A DNA stretch of 64,000 bases from Candidatus Omnitrophica bacterium UBA6215 (GCA_002421665.1 DISH01000007.1:209278-273277), one strand, 5' to 3'; positions 1 through 9,838 are shown, numbered from the stretch's first letter. Notes: generated from the letters alone by a model not told the origin. A program made the numbers and translations.

Positions 1-741
1 CTCGCTGGCCTTAGCCGCCAAAGCATCCGCCACTTCCACCGGACAGCGCTTTGAGCCAATGCCGTGCAGATACATATTCATCGCGCACAACCGGGCCACG
101 GATTCTACGATATCCACGCCATACAAAGCCTCATTCACCATTAATTCCTTATCGCCTTTGGAGAGCGTAGGATTATTCTTTATCACATAATCAAAAGCAT
201 TCAGCAAAAACCCGCCGGTTCCGCAGGCAGGATCGCAAATCTTCATTCCCGGCTGGGGTTTCATTACTTCCACCATCGCCTTGATCAACGGCCGAGGAGT
301 AAAATACTGACCGGCGCCGCCTTTGGTATCCTGGGCATTCTTCTCCAACAATCCCTCATAAATCGTACCCTTGATATCAATATCCAGCCCCAGCCATTTC
401 TCGGCATCAATCATATTGATCAGTCGCTTCAGCTTAGCCGGGTCCTGGATTTTATTCTGGGACTTGCTGAAAATCCTGCCGATAATCCCGCGCTGTTTGC
501 TTAATTCCCGCAGCACCGTAATATAATGGCCTTCCAGCGGTTCGCCGTCCAGCTTCTTAAGCGACTTCCAACTATACTTGGCCGGGATCTCGCTGTCATG
601 CAACAACTCATCTCGCTCATCCGACATCTTCAGGAACAGCAAATACGTCAACTGCTCCACGTAATCGCCGTAACTTACGCCGTCATCCCGCAGCACATCG
701 CAGTAATTCCATACTTTTTGGACTATTTCATTTTCGCTCAT
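1..741 (-). CDS. hsdM: Type I R-M DNA methyltransferase subunit HsdM (N-terminal ~247 aa; gene runs off the window start)
   Basis: Minus-strand translation from the ATG at 739-741 reads MSENEIVQKVWNYCDVLRDDG...GQYFTPRPLIKAMVEV...ICDPACGTGGFL (HsdM N-domain plus SAM motif I). It is absent from the ORF track because it is open to the window edge. Confidence 0.85.
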   Translation of the reverse strand, partial: MSENEIVQKVWNYCDVLRDDGVSYGDYVEQLTYLLFLKMSDERDELLHDSEIPAKYSWKSLKKLDGEPLEGHYITVLRELSKQRGIIGRIFSKSQNKIQDPAKLKRLINMIDAEKWLGLDIDIKGTIYEGLLEKNAQDTKGGAGQYFTPRPLIKAMVEVMKPQPGMKICDPACGTGGFLLNAFDYVIKNNPTLSKGDKELMVNEALYGVDIVESVARLCAMNMYLHGIGSKRCPVEVADALAAKASE

Positions 742-760
742 AATTTATCCTCATAGAAGC

Positions 761-1774
761 TTAATCCTTCAATTGCGATAGAATAAAACATTTATTCTTA
801 AGAAAAGAAACAATCTTCTCATCTTTTTCGCCTCTAGTATAAATGTTTTTCCGAATTTCTTCATTGGGGCATACTCTATTCTCAAAATCGTAAATACTAC
901 TATTATCCGCTTCGTAGACGGTGGTATAAAATAGCTTATCTTGGATATTTTCTTGAAACACTTGATGCAAACCTAATCTTTCCATGTTAAGCGAATCAAA
1001 TCCAAATCCTAAAAAGAAAATATAGTCAGCTGCGGCTAAATATTGTTGAGCCTCTGTAAAAATAGCTTGCGTTCCATTAGAGGCATTAGGTCGAATGATC
1101 TCAACGTTTTTTGCAATCTCCCAAAACAAATGTGGCTTAGAAAAGTTAATAAGATTGTCTATTGCTCCATATGCTCTGCCGTCTTTTGTATATAAGTTAC
1201 CCACACTTCCATAAAAATGTAAGATTTTGATTTTATCTAGAAATTCCAAATACGTAGCTTGTTCTTTAGGGGTAGCAGAATGTATATAATTACGAACGTA
1301 ATAAGTTCTAGCAATATAATATTCTAGCGCAAGATCATAATTGAAAGTTATAAAACGAACTCTGCCGTTATGAAGTACTTTGTAATCATCATCTAAAAAA
1401 TTAAAAATGTGCCTATGCCAATTGTCATCAAAATTAAATACCAATCTTTGCCTATTACTTGCTTTTTCGGCAGATAAAATTGCATAGGTTATACCGGCAC
1501 GTCCTATTTTCTCAAAATCAATGGGTTGCTTTTCCTCTCTGGCTAAAACTCTTGCTAAAAAAGCATCGATACTATTTAATCCAGATTCTTCCAACCTATC
1601 AGAGAATATACCAATATCTCTACCCGAAATACCATATCCTTCCATAAATTTAATAAAGAGACTATCATGCTTATATCCAACGATTGTCTTTATTAATTCT
1701 GCACCTGTCGGATATCCAAAATCTTTGGATGCTCCTGCGCCTAAGACAAAAACAAACTTTTTATTATTCATCAT
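761..1774 (-). CDS. SIR2_2-family (sirtuin-like, predicted NAD+-consuming) protein, 337 aa
   Basis: Motifs FVFVLGAGAS, ITFNYDLALE, ILHFYGSVG and DYIFFLGFGFD match the SIR2_2 defence-type fold. Its start overlaps the stop of the upstream gene by 1 nt. It ends 19 bp before the hsdM start. Confidence 0.7.
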   Translation of the reverse strand: MMNNKKFVFVLGAGASKDFGYPTGAELIKTIVGYKHDSLFIKFMEGYGISGRDIGIFSDRLEESGLNSIDAFLARVLAREEKQPIDFEKIGRAGITYAILSAEKASNRQRLVFNFDDNWHRHIFNFLDDDYKVLHNGRVRFITFNYDLALEYYIARTYYVRNYIHSATPKEQATYLEFLDKIKILHFYGSVGNLYTKDGRAYGAIDNLINFSKPHLFWEIAKNVEIIRPNASNGTQAIFTEAQQYLAAADYIFFLGFGFDSLNMERLGLHQVFQENIQDKLFYTTVYEADNSSIYDFENRVCPNEEIRKNIYTRGEKDEKIVSFLKNKCFILSQLKD

Positions 1775-2616
1775 TAAATAGCCTCGTCCAAACGTCTTAA
1801 TAAATTACTAACAGCAAATAATCTCCCCAAAGCTTCTTGATGATCTATTTGTTTAATATCACCATGACTCAAAGAATTACGCCACCATTGCATAATCCCC
1901 ATAACGATATGCATAAATCCCTCTTGTTCGCATTGTTCAGTTTTATTGGATAAAGAATTCAATTTGATAAACGGGTGAGCTAAGTTAAAAACCTGCCCCA
2001 TCAAATCAATCCCCACAAGATTGCTTCCGCTTTTCTTCTGAACATAAGTTTCAAACTTCTCTAACGCCTTACGTACCGACTCATTAATATGCCCCTCCAG
2101 AAATAACTTCTGGCAATCCGGCATAAGTAGAGGATGTAAAGAAAACTTCTTTAGTATATCCTGAATCTCAAACGTCGGCGGGACAATGGTAGGCCTGGAT
2201 TTTGGCAAACTTAAGGCTAATATTTCTTTTCTAAGATCTATTCCTATCTTACATAGCTGCTTTGCGAATAATTCAGCCTCATCATACAGTATTGGATTGC
2301 CCTGTGAGTGTCTGCGCTCAATTGCTTGAGGCATTATTTCTCTAACAATAATCTTGATCGTCCTTGGTTTATCCTTATGTAGCTTGCGAATAAACTCAAC
2401 CAAAGCTTCTTTCTTTGAAGAACTCCCCTTAGATAGATACTTAGACAGTCCTCTTTTCTTGGCAATACTTACTATATTAAATCTGCTTTTATAGCCGGAA
2501 TAAGGCACAAGTTCGCCTAGCATTTCAGCCAATATACGGATATTCTGTATATCTACGGCTGAAAACCGTTTTACACACACCTTTTGTATTCTCTTCTTAT
2601 GTTTTCGCTTTTTCAT
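1774..2616 (-). CDS. HEPN-domain protein (Abi_C / TIGR02391-like C-terminus), 280 aa, basic N-terminus
   Basis: C-terminal block EGHINESVRKALEKFE...GIDLMGQVF...MQWWRNSLSHGD carries an Rx4H HEPN motif in an Abi_C-like context. N-terminus is Lys/Arg-rich (MKKRKHKKRIQK). Confidence 0.55.
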   Translation of the reverse strand: MKKRKHKKRIQKVCVKRFSAVDIQNIRILAEMLGELVPYSGYKSRFNIVSIAKKRGLSKYLSKGSSSKKEALVEFIRKLHKDKPRTIKIIVREIMPQAIERRHSQGNPILYDEAELFAKQLCKIGIDLRKEILALSLPKSRPTIVPPTFEIQDILKKFSLHPLLMPDCQKLFLEGHINESVRKALEKFETYVQKKSGSNLVGIDLMGQVFNLAHPFIKLNSLSNKTEQCEQEGFMHIVMGIMQWWRNSLSHGDIKQIDHQEALGRLFAVSNLLRRLDEAI

Positions 2617-2630
2617 TATTCCTTCAAACT

Positions 2631-3263
2631 CTATTCAATTTTCTTATCCAAAGAACGTAAAATTCTTGGACCTACATCTAATGCCCATAAAGCTGCATTA
2701 ACATCAACATCTTTTGCATGTACTGCACTATTGAGCAAACCGATTAGATCATCTAAGACACTTCTTTCCTCAATCGACAATAATTTATTATTTGCCAAGA
2801 CTACAAGTATCTGTTTTATCCCTCTCATAGGGATGTTTAACTGATGTTTTTCAGCAATATCGTTTAAACGTTTCTCAATTTCAATACGTAAGCCAGCCAA
2901 AGCGAGTTTAGGGTCTTCATTCGCGACTAACTGGAAAGAATATTTAGGAACTTTAGCGTTTGTAACAGTCTTACCAAGCAACCCTCCGGACTCTATCAAT
3001 CCTGCCTTCTCGGCTTCTCGAGTAACCTCCTGTAATTTTCGTAGCTCTACTTTCATCCCACCAGGGAATTCGATGGACTGAATTATCTCACGCAACCAAG
3101 GGATAAGAGCAATCACTATTAAAATTATAGTAATCGCATCCATTCTTAGATACCCCCAAAATGCATGCTCCACGGCCAAAATTAAAAAAATTACAGTTAC
3201 TAATATTTGTGCTCCTTTTTCTCTACAATAACTCCATATTGGAGATATCCAACGCTTGTTCAT
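2631..3263 (-). CDS. Hypothetical 2-TM membrane protein with cytoplasmic alpha-helical C-domain, 210 aa
   Basis: Two hydrophobic helices (ILVTVIFLILAVEHAFWGY / AITIILIVIALIPWL) precede a charged soluble domain. It overlaps the upstream gene by 4 nt (ATGA). No recognisable motif. Confidence 0.5.
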   Translation of the reverse strand: MNKRWISPIWSYCREKGAQILVTVIFLILAVEHAFWGYLRMDAITIILIVIALIPWLREIIQSIEFPGGMKVELRKLQEVTREAEKAGLIESGGLLGKTVTNAKVPKYSFQLVANEDPKLALAGLRIEIEKRLNDIAEKHQLNIPMRGIKQILVVLANNKLLSIEERSVLDDLIGLLNSAVHAKDVDVNAALWALDVGPRILRSLDKKIE

Positions 3264-4099
3264 AATACGTCACCCTCAATTATCTTAAACCCTCTTTTCT
3301 TGAGTTCCTCGGAAATTTCCTCCTTTAATTTAGGATTCTTTAACCGAGGGTCAATAATAACTCCATCCAAAAAATTCTGGAAATTATGCACAACTGGAAC
3401 GAGAGAAAACTCTTTCCCCATATCTAATTTACAGTTAGTTGCAATAAGTCTTATTTCATTCTCAAAATCAAAGCTACTTCTTTTTTCCAAATAACAACTG
3501 GCGATTGTTCTACTCTTGAAATAAGCCATCTGATCGGCCACGGTTCTTAAGAGGATGTCCATTCCATCATAATCAAAACTAGAATAATTAACTTCACCAG
3601 CCCAGAATGTTTCACTGTAATCTAGAACATCCTTACCGTTTTCTAAAGTTCGCATAATTTTATCAACGCTAGAAACCATCGCGACATTCCTATATTGTGG
3701 ATCTTTACCATACTCTTCCCACATTTTCTTTGATTGCTTCTTACTCCAACATTGGCAAAAAGTATCCTCAAAATACCTTTGCGTAACTATCAAGCCATCT
3801 GGCAGGATGACTTTTTTTCTTAAAATGATTGAATCTAATCGATCTCCGACAAGCCATTTCTTAGGATGACTAAAATATAAAACCTTGCCATCAACATTCG
3901 ATAAAAAATTATCTGATGTTTCTATTCTATAAACTGGGGAGAAACAATCTAGGGTTTCAGGAATAACATTCCTCGCATATGGTTTCCCATTGTATTCTTT
4001 TAGTTCCATGATTACTCTCTCAAGGCTATCCTTCAAGTGTTTTTCACCTTCTTTAGTGGACAAAAACTTACGCGCCTCATCAAAAATATCATTGTACAT
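3260..4099 (-). CDS. Hypothetical protein, 279 aa (no recognisable domain)
   Basis: Long AT-rich ORF, 17 bp downstream of hsdS on the same strand. It is translationally coupled to the 2-TM protein. Confidence 0.5.
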   Translation of the reverse strand: MYNDIFDEARKFLSTKEGEKHLKDSLERVIMELKEYNGKPYARNVIPETLDCFSPVYRIETSDNFLSNVDGKVLYFSHPKKWLVGDRLDSIILRKKVILPDGLIVTQRYFEDTFCQCWSKKQSKKMWEEYGKDPQYRNVAMVSSVDKIMRTLENGKDVLDYSETFWAGEVNYSSFDYDGMDILLRTVADQMAYFKSRTIASCYLEKRSSFDFENEIRLIATNCKLDMGKEFSLVPVVHNFQNFLDGVIIDPRLKNPKLKEEISEELKKRGFKIIEGDVL

Positions 4100-4116
4100 T
4101 TTTCAACCATTCCGCA

Positions 4117-5358
4117 TCAAAATTTAGCCTTTTCTTTCTTTATTCGCTCAAGCAAAACTTCTACCGGTTCATCAGCGGGATCAGGCTCAACCAGATTGCC
4201 TTCAAAAGCTTTCTTTAGAATACTCTGCTTTAGCTGCTCAATTTTATCCAAACCCTGAACCACTGCATCTTCAAGTATTTTTGCCCTCTCAAAATAGTCT
4301 TCTATAGCTTTCACTATTTGTAATTGTTCTTGAGAAGAACATAATGGGAACAAATACTGCAATAAATCATCCTTCCTTATTCCCTTAACAGTCGTTCCTG
4401 AAGTCTTAAACTTAACAGTACCGTAATAATAATAGAAGTAGTCAATATTAATTCTTTCTTTTAGAAAAAAGGCTCTTAAATCCTGGTTAATTGCCACAGC
4501 GATCTTATTAATTTGAATCTTCCCTACACTGATTCTAGTGCAAACAATTATGTTACCTGCAGGGATAAGATTAGTTGAACTACTTTCGACTGCTTTTTTT
4601 GTAATTCTATCAATGGTTGACTCTAAATATTTTCCTTCACTATTCATGTCTTTGACACTAGCCCAAGGGATATTTCCATTCCAATATTCCATATGATTCT
4701 TAGAAGGAGTCCCCCCACCTAAGTCTTTTGCTATTACATCAGCCAAAGTAACTCTACTAAAACTAATCCCAGGGGTTAATCTTCCTTCAAACGCCGATTT
4801 GAGCACTGACTGGCGATAGCGCTTGATTTCCTGCCGCACGCGCAGCAGCGAATCCTTGGCACTATCCAACCGCGAAAACAAACTTTCAATCTTGGCGACA
4901 ATGCGTTTTTGCTCAGAAAGAGAATATATCTCGATTGCAAGATCTTCGAGCTCCTTGGAAGGCACACGGAGCTGTCCTGCTGTCCCTGTCATCTTACTTC
5001 GTAAATATTTCCGAACCTTCTTTTGAATTAAGTAATAAAAACAGTACTTCGGATCGATAGCTTTGGCTAATCTTATAACGTGAAACTCAGTTGAACCGAA
5101 ACCAACACCATTTATCAAACCATTAACTAAAGCCAATTTACCATTTTCCATACAGGGAGTAATCTTCGCAAAAAGAATATCCCCATCCCTAAAAGAAGTA
5201 AACCTGCGTTTCCCTTCTTCGCTCTTAATTTTAGCAGATAAATCAACCATTCCCGTTTCAGCTTCTAGCGCCCTCATTGGTAGAAAACTGGCTATAAAAT
5301 TATTCTTAAGTTTATCTCTGGGATTAATAATTGCTATTTCTTTTATTTTTATTATCAT
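4117..5358 (-). CDS. hsdS: Type I R-M specificity subunit HsdS, 413 aa
   Basis: Central conserved block LSEQKRIVAKIESLFSRLDSA...LKSAFEGRLTP and C-terminal LKKAFEGNLV sit between two variable target-recognition regions. The conserved blocks are visibly GC-richer than the TRDs. Confidence 0.85.
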   Translation of the reverse strand: MIIKIKEIAIINPRDKLKNNFIASFLPMRALEAETGMVDLSAKIKSEEGKRRFTSFRDGDILFAKITPCMENGKLALVNGLINGVGFGSTEFHVIRLAKAIDPKYCFYYLIQKKVRKYLRSKMTGTAGQLRVPSKELEDLAIEIYSLSEQKRIVAKIESLFSRLDSAKDSLLRVRQEIKRYRQSVLKSAFEGRLTPGISFSRVTLADVIAKDLGGGTPSKNHMEYWNGNIPWASVKDMNSEGKYLESTIDRITKKAVESSSTNLIPAGNIIVCTRISVGKIQINKIAVAINQDLRAFFLKERINIDYFYYYYGTVKFKTSGTTVKGIRKDDLLQYLFPLCSSQEQLQIVKAIEDYFERAKILEDAVVQGLDKIEQLKQSILKKAFEGNLVEPDPADEPVEVLLERIKKEKAKF

Positions 5359-5564
5359 TCTATTTCTCTAACTGAGCTCCTGCCAATAGTTAACAAAACA
5401 AGGTTACATACGCAATATTTCTATCTCCAAAAATAAAAAAAGCCCCCAAGAATAACCCTTGCTCTCCTGAGAGATTCGAAAGCAATAAGCCTGCTCGATC
5501 TCTTCAAAAGCCTTCTTCTCTTTCTTCAATGAGATTTATTCTGCTTAAATGCGTATTATACATA

Positions 5565-6668
5565 CTATTCCCCTATTATTAAGACCTCGTACAACCCATG
5601 TCCATTTCGATGATTAAGCTTATACTTATACTTTTTTCTGAAGATGCGAACCTTTGGCTTGTACTTCAACATAAGTTTCTTAATCTTATAGATAGACGGA
5701 TATCCAGGCTGCCCATATGACAGAACTATTATTGAGTCCTTAAACTTATTGAATAAAGCGTCAAGATTATCCTCTATTTTTCCTTCATTCCAATGATTCT
5801 TTTGCTTAACCAGTCTCTTATTCTTTGTTTTTAAATCTATATTCTTGGGCCAATTGTCATAATCGACTATTCCGTCAAGGAAATGATATAGTTCGCGATA
5901 ATCTTTTGGCATTTTTTCGTCTGCTCTGGCATATGGAGGGTCAAAATAAACAAGATCAAATTTTCTGTTCTCTATGTCCAAAATATCCTGGGAAATGGCT
6001 TTATGCGTGGAACCATTTGAGAATACTTTGCTTGAAACTTCTTCATTAAAACGCTTCATCAACTTAGTAAAACAAGTATTCCATGTTATCTTATTGCCAA
6101 AACTACGCTCAATATTTTTAGCAGTTCTAAGCGAAAGATTTTTTCTATGAAAGAGGTTGAAAGGTCTTTTGCATAAACAGGACTGAAATAGTAAATGATA
6201 AGCCAAAGCCTGTTTCTTGGCCAAAACATCACCTTTATATCTTTCTGAGAGCATCTTTATGTTTAGTGCCATCACATCTAATAATCTGTTCTCCTCAGAA
6301 GTATAGTACACTCCTTTAAATGTATCCTCAATATAACTTGGATATTTGAAACCGTTTCGGTGAAATACAAATTCCAGATCGGCTTCATCTAAAGTAATTG
6401 AGTCATTCTCAATTAAAGCTACTCCCGTCATGCGATTAGACGGAAGAATATCGTTAAACGTCACTTTCTTATTCATCAATTTGAATAAATAACTAACACT
6501 GCCTGTGCCACCAAACCCATCGAGAACAGTTTTAAACTGCAGAGATTTTAGATTATCATGTATCCACGGCAATATGCTTCTCTTGCTACCTTGATACCTA
6601 GTAGTAGGAACTCTATGCAGGATATCCACTGGTCCTGCGATTATCTTTTCTTCCAGTTTTTTAATCAC
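5565..6668 (-). CDS. Dam-family (alpha-class, D12) N6-adenine DNA methyltransferase, 367 aa
   Basis: N-terminal FxGxG (DGFGGTGSVS) followed later by DPPY (LVYFDPPYA), which is the alpha-class motif order. It overlaps the upstream ORF by 4 nt. Confidence 0.7.
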   Translation of the reverse strand: MIKKLEEKIIAGPVDILHRVPTTRYQGSKRSILPWIHDNLKSLQFKTVLDGFGGTGSVSYLFKLMNKKVTFNDILPSNRMTGVALIENDSITLDEADLEFVFHRNGFKYPSYIEDTFKGVYYTSEENRLLDVMALNIKMLSERYKGDVLAKKQALAYHLLFQSCLCKRPFNLFHRKNLSLRTAKNIERSFGNKITWNTCFTKLMKRFNEEVSSKVFSNGSTHKAISQDILDIENRKFDLVYFDPPYARADEKMPKDYRELYHFLDGIVDYDNWPKNIDLKTKNKRLVKQKNHWNEGKIEDNLDALFNKFKDSIIVLSYGQPGYPSIYKIKKLMLKYKPKVRIFRKKYKYKLNHRNGHGLYEVLIIGE

Positions 6669-7429
6669 ACTCTTCCCCTGATTATCAAACCCAAAGATTG
6701 TTTTAATGCTCTTTTATATGTTGCATCCCCTATCACTTTAAGGACTTTTCTTTGGTTCACTACGCCTAGTGATTTAAAATCCTCGGATAATCCCAGTGCG
6801 AGTACAGTATTAACATATTTTTGGACATCTTTAAACCTACTGAGCCATTTGCCAAATTCTGCTTTTTTGTATGCTGGCGCTACGCCTTGAATTGTAGTCT
6901 GAAAAGAAGAAAAATTGCTGTGTACATATTTTGATAGCGTTGTATACATAGCACGTACTTTATCAAAAAGCTCTCCTCCTGCCTTACCTTTAAAGTTATT
7001 AACATCATCCAGATGCATAAAATAATCATAATTATCTCCCCAAACATGCTTTCCTTTAAAAAAAGCCTTATCATCTTTCCACCACTTCAGCTCTATAGGA
7101 TGCGATGAAAAATATACCAACCTCAAGACGGTTTCCAACTCCGCCCTTAAAGAAACGTGGGCTTGCTTATACAATGACATGCATGCAAAATAAATGGACA
7201 TGTAAGAATCCATAAACGTTTCTTTAATTAAATCTCTGGCTGAGGTGCCATACTTGCGTTCTAGAGTGTTTCTCCAAGTATCAAAGATGCTAACCATTAC
7301 TAATAGTTTTTCTATTTCGCGATGATTAGCCTTGAGAGTATCTTCCCAATTATTTTTACTCAAACGTTGCTGGCTGTCATACATAATCTTTGTTAACTTA
7401 GGCAACCTCTCGGCTTTGAATGTCTTCAT
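6665..7429 (-). CDS. Hypothetical protein, 254 aa (possible nuclease/effector partner of the MTase-ATPase cassette)
   Basis: ORF tightly packed between the 242-aa gene (2-bp gap) and the MTase (4-nt overlap). No recognisable motif. Confidence 0.45.
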   Translation of the reverse strand: MKTFKAERLPKLTKIMYDSQQRLSKNNWEDTLKANHREIEKLLVMVSIFDTWRNTLERKYGTSARDLIKETFMDSYMSIYFACMSLYKQAHVSLRAELETVLRLVYFSSHPIELKWWKDDKAFFKGKHVWGDNYDYFMHLDDVNNFKGKAGGELFDKVRAMYTTLSKYVHSNFSSFQTTIQGVAPAYKKAEFGKWLSRFKDVQKYVNTVLALGLSEDFKSLGVVNQRKVLKVIGDATYKRALKQSLGLIIRGRV

Positions 7430-7431
7430 TT

Positions 7432-8160
7432 TTACCTCACAAGAATAACAGCTAGTGAATAAAGCTGTTGTTGTGTATTGATATCTTTGCTTAAACTTGA
7501 GATTTTAAATATATTATACTTGTATTTTTGGCATAACAATTCGGCGACCTTCTTAATCAAATCCATTTTCTGCGTATTACTAGAAATTGTTGGAGGGAAA
7601 GCATCCAGGGCCAACCCTCCCCACCCACTAGATTGCATAGCATCAGAAACCCTTTTAACATTATCTCGAGAGATGTCTTCGGAATTAACAACTGTAGTTT
7701 GTAATAATACGAATCCTTTACTGCGTTTCTGCCCTTGTAAAACAATAAAACTCTCAACTTTCTCCAATTCCTTTTCAATCCTGGAGTTATTAACATATAT
7801 ATCTTGGGAAGAAAAATCAAGGTTCAGAATATCACATGGGAAAAGGGGATTAAGTTGACAGGTAGCCGTCGAGATAAGTTCATCGCATATAGAGCCATTC
7901 AAAACTACCCCTAACGCCTCCGTCTCTGCCCTAACAGCTTTGATCATATTGCTGACCCATAAAACACAATCTCCTCTTTGCACCAAATTATTATCTTCTA
8001 ATCGAGATATCTCTTTAAAATTAATTCCATCAGTCAAAGTAAAAAGCTTCATCTGTTTATTCTTTCTACGACTATTATAAAATCTGGCGCCTCCTTCTCT
8101 TGCCATAGGAAGCCAGAGTTCTTCTATCAATTGGTCTCTTAGGGTATCAATTTCTGCCAT
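7432..8160 (-). CDS. Hypothetical protein, 242 aa
   Basis: ORF 4 bp downstream of the GHKL ATPase gene. No recognisable motif. Confidence 0.45.
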   Translation of the reverse strand: MAEIDTLRDQLIEELWLPMAREGGARFYNSRRKNKQMKLFTLTDGINFKEISRLEDNNLVQRGDCVLWVSNMIKAVRAETEALGVVLNGSICDELISTATCQLNPLFPCDILNLDFSSQDIYVNNSRIEKELEKVESFIVLQGQKRSKGFVLLQTTVVNSEDISRDNVKRVSDAMQSSGWGGLALDAFPPTISSNTQKMDLIKKVAELLCQKYKYNIFKISSLSKDINTQQQLYSLAVILVR

Positions 8161-8164
8161 GTCA

Positions 8165-9838
8165 TTACCCTTTGAATACAGTCTCTATCAGATGATTCAA
8201 TTCACTTAGTAATTTTTCTTCGTCTTTCCTATCCTTAGCAATTAAGAGGAACCCCAAAGCGATCTTCTTGATAACGTCTTCGCTGATTTTGCTTTTGAAA
8301 AGTGGGTGTGAGGAATTAAAGGCCACCTTCTTCCCGGAACTATCCAGCTTACAGATAGAATAATGGCTTTTCTTGTAATCCCAGTCATCATAAGTCACAG
8401 AGAATTTCTTGTCGTCTATCTCAATACTCTCGACAAACTCAGGGTGATTGTCATAAATGACAATCGATTTTTCTTTTGGCTTAACTTCGACCGGCTGCTG
8501 TTTATCTTTGGGCTCTTCTTTTCTTGATATAATCTTAAACTGAGTTTTATCTGTTAATGCTTTCTTGATTGTCTCTAGGGTAGAGGTGATCCTTTCTCTG
8601 GATTTTTTTACCATCGGCTCTTTAGAAAGCCTTAATCTTTCTTTCGAGAAATGGAGTATATTTGCTTTTTTAAGCTCCTCAATTAATGGCTCAGAGTCTT
8701 TTAATGGCATTAAGGCTTGATAAATGTCCTTGTCTTGTACAGCCCATTTTTCTTGTACATCGCTCCACTTAGTGAGTTTTTTCCGGAAGAAATCCTGCAT
8801 CTCAGAAACTTCCTGCGTATAAGAAAAGCTGTCTCTGTCAATCATCAAGAAAGAATCCAGTCCGTCCAAGACACAAACTTCTCCGGAAATATAATTTAAT
8901 TTACCTGGCACTTTACCAGTAAGCTTGGAGACCTCAAAATCTGTCGGAAGGCCAACTGCAACATCCCTCAATCTTACCTGCAGCCCTCTCGCCTCTTCAG
9001 GCTCGACTGGCTTTTTCGCAGTGGTAATAACGTATTTTAGATGCACATTTCCGAATTTTTCTTCGCCCTTATCAAGAATCTCTATATTTTCGGGAACATT
9101 TCTGAAAAGTTCTTTTCCGTCGAGCCATAACCTCATTGGTACTCTTTCTGCATCGGCAAAGAAACTCCGCAATATTCTCTGTTCAGGTGAAAACTGTATT
9201 GGAGAATACTGACTTATTGTCCATTTGAATTTCTCAAAACCGCTAAATTTATCTATACTAGACCATCCAGAACCACTCTTTTGACGTAGCTCCTTGATGA
9301 GGTGTTGCTTTATGCCTTTTAACGATATGATAGTCTCTCCATCTTTCTTGGCTAAATCGCTCTTATGAACAGTGCATTTCGCCTTTTCTTTTTCGATATC
9401 AGAAGGAGTGCCGGTAAAGAAACGCTGTGTCTCAATCGTCAACTCAATAAGATCATCACTATCCATTTTTTTAGTAATCACATGGACTGTATTACAATAA
9501 GGAAAGACCGAAAGGCAACCGATACCAAAAGTGCCGATTCGTTTTCTTCCCAGCTCATCCAACTTGTCGGAAGGCTGTGTAACATAGCCTATCGTAAGAA
9601 ACTTTTTCTCAATATCCTCTAGGCTCATACCGCGACCATTATCTCTGACTATTATTTCTCCCCTATCAAGATCCAACTTTATTTTTACTTCAGTTGCGCC
9701 GGCATCATAAGAGTTTGATATAAGCTCTTTGATTGCTCGTGCAAAGTTACGATATAATCCCAAACTCAAATGACTTACTACTTCTTTGTTAACCTTAAAG
9801 GGTAATTCTACCTGTTTAGTTTGATTATCTATTTTCAT
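8165..9838 (-). CDS. GHKL-superfamily ATPase (HATPase_c_3, MORC/Hsp90/MutL-like Bergerat fold), ~557 aa
   Basis: N-box ELISNSYDAGA, G1 box RDNGRGMS and G2 box GTFGIGCLS. An AGGAGG sits 7 nt before the ATG at 9838 (the ORF track begins 2 codons earlier at a TTG). It begins 38 bp after the hsdR stop. Confidence 0.7.
   Translation of the reverse strand: MKIDNQTKQVELPFKVNKEVVSHLSLGLYRNFARAIKELISNSYDAGATEVKIKLDLDRGEIIVRDNGRGMSLEDIEKKFLTIGYVTQPSDKLDELGRKRIGTFGIGCLSVFPYCNTVHVITKKMDSDDLIELTIETQRFFTGTPSDIEKEKAKCTVHKSDLAKKDGETIISLKGIKQHLIKELRQKSGSGWSSIDKFSGFEKFKWTISQYSPIQFSPEQRILRSFFADAERVPMRLWLDGKELFRNVPENIEILDKGEEKFGNVHLKYVITTAKKPVEPEEARGLQVRLRDVAVGLPTDFEVSKLTGKVPGKLNYISGEVCVLDGLDSFLMIDRDSFSYTQEVSEMQDFFRKKLTKWSDVQEKWAVQDKDIYQALMPLKDSEPLIEELKKANILHFSKERLRLSKEPMVKKSRERITSTLETIKKALTDKTQFKIISRKEEPKDKQQPVEVKPKEKSIVIYDNHPEFVESIEIDDKKFSVTYDDWDYKKSHYSICKLDSSGKKVAFNSSHPLFKSKISEDVIKKIALGFLLIAKDRKDEEKLLSELNHLIETVFKG

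Noticed and set aside
526-756. Plus-strand 76-aa ORF
   Set aside because: It lies antisense inside the hsdM coding region and has no motif. The HsdM reading frame on the other strand is unambiguous.
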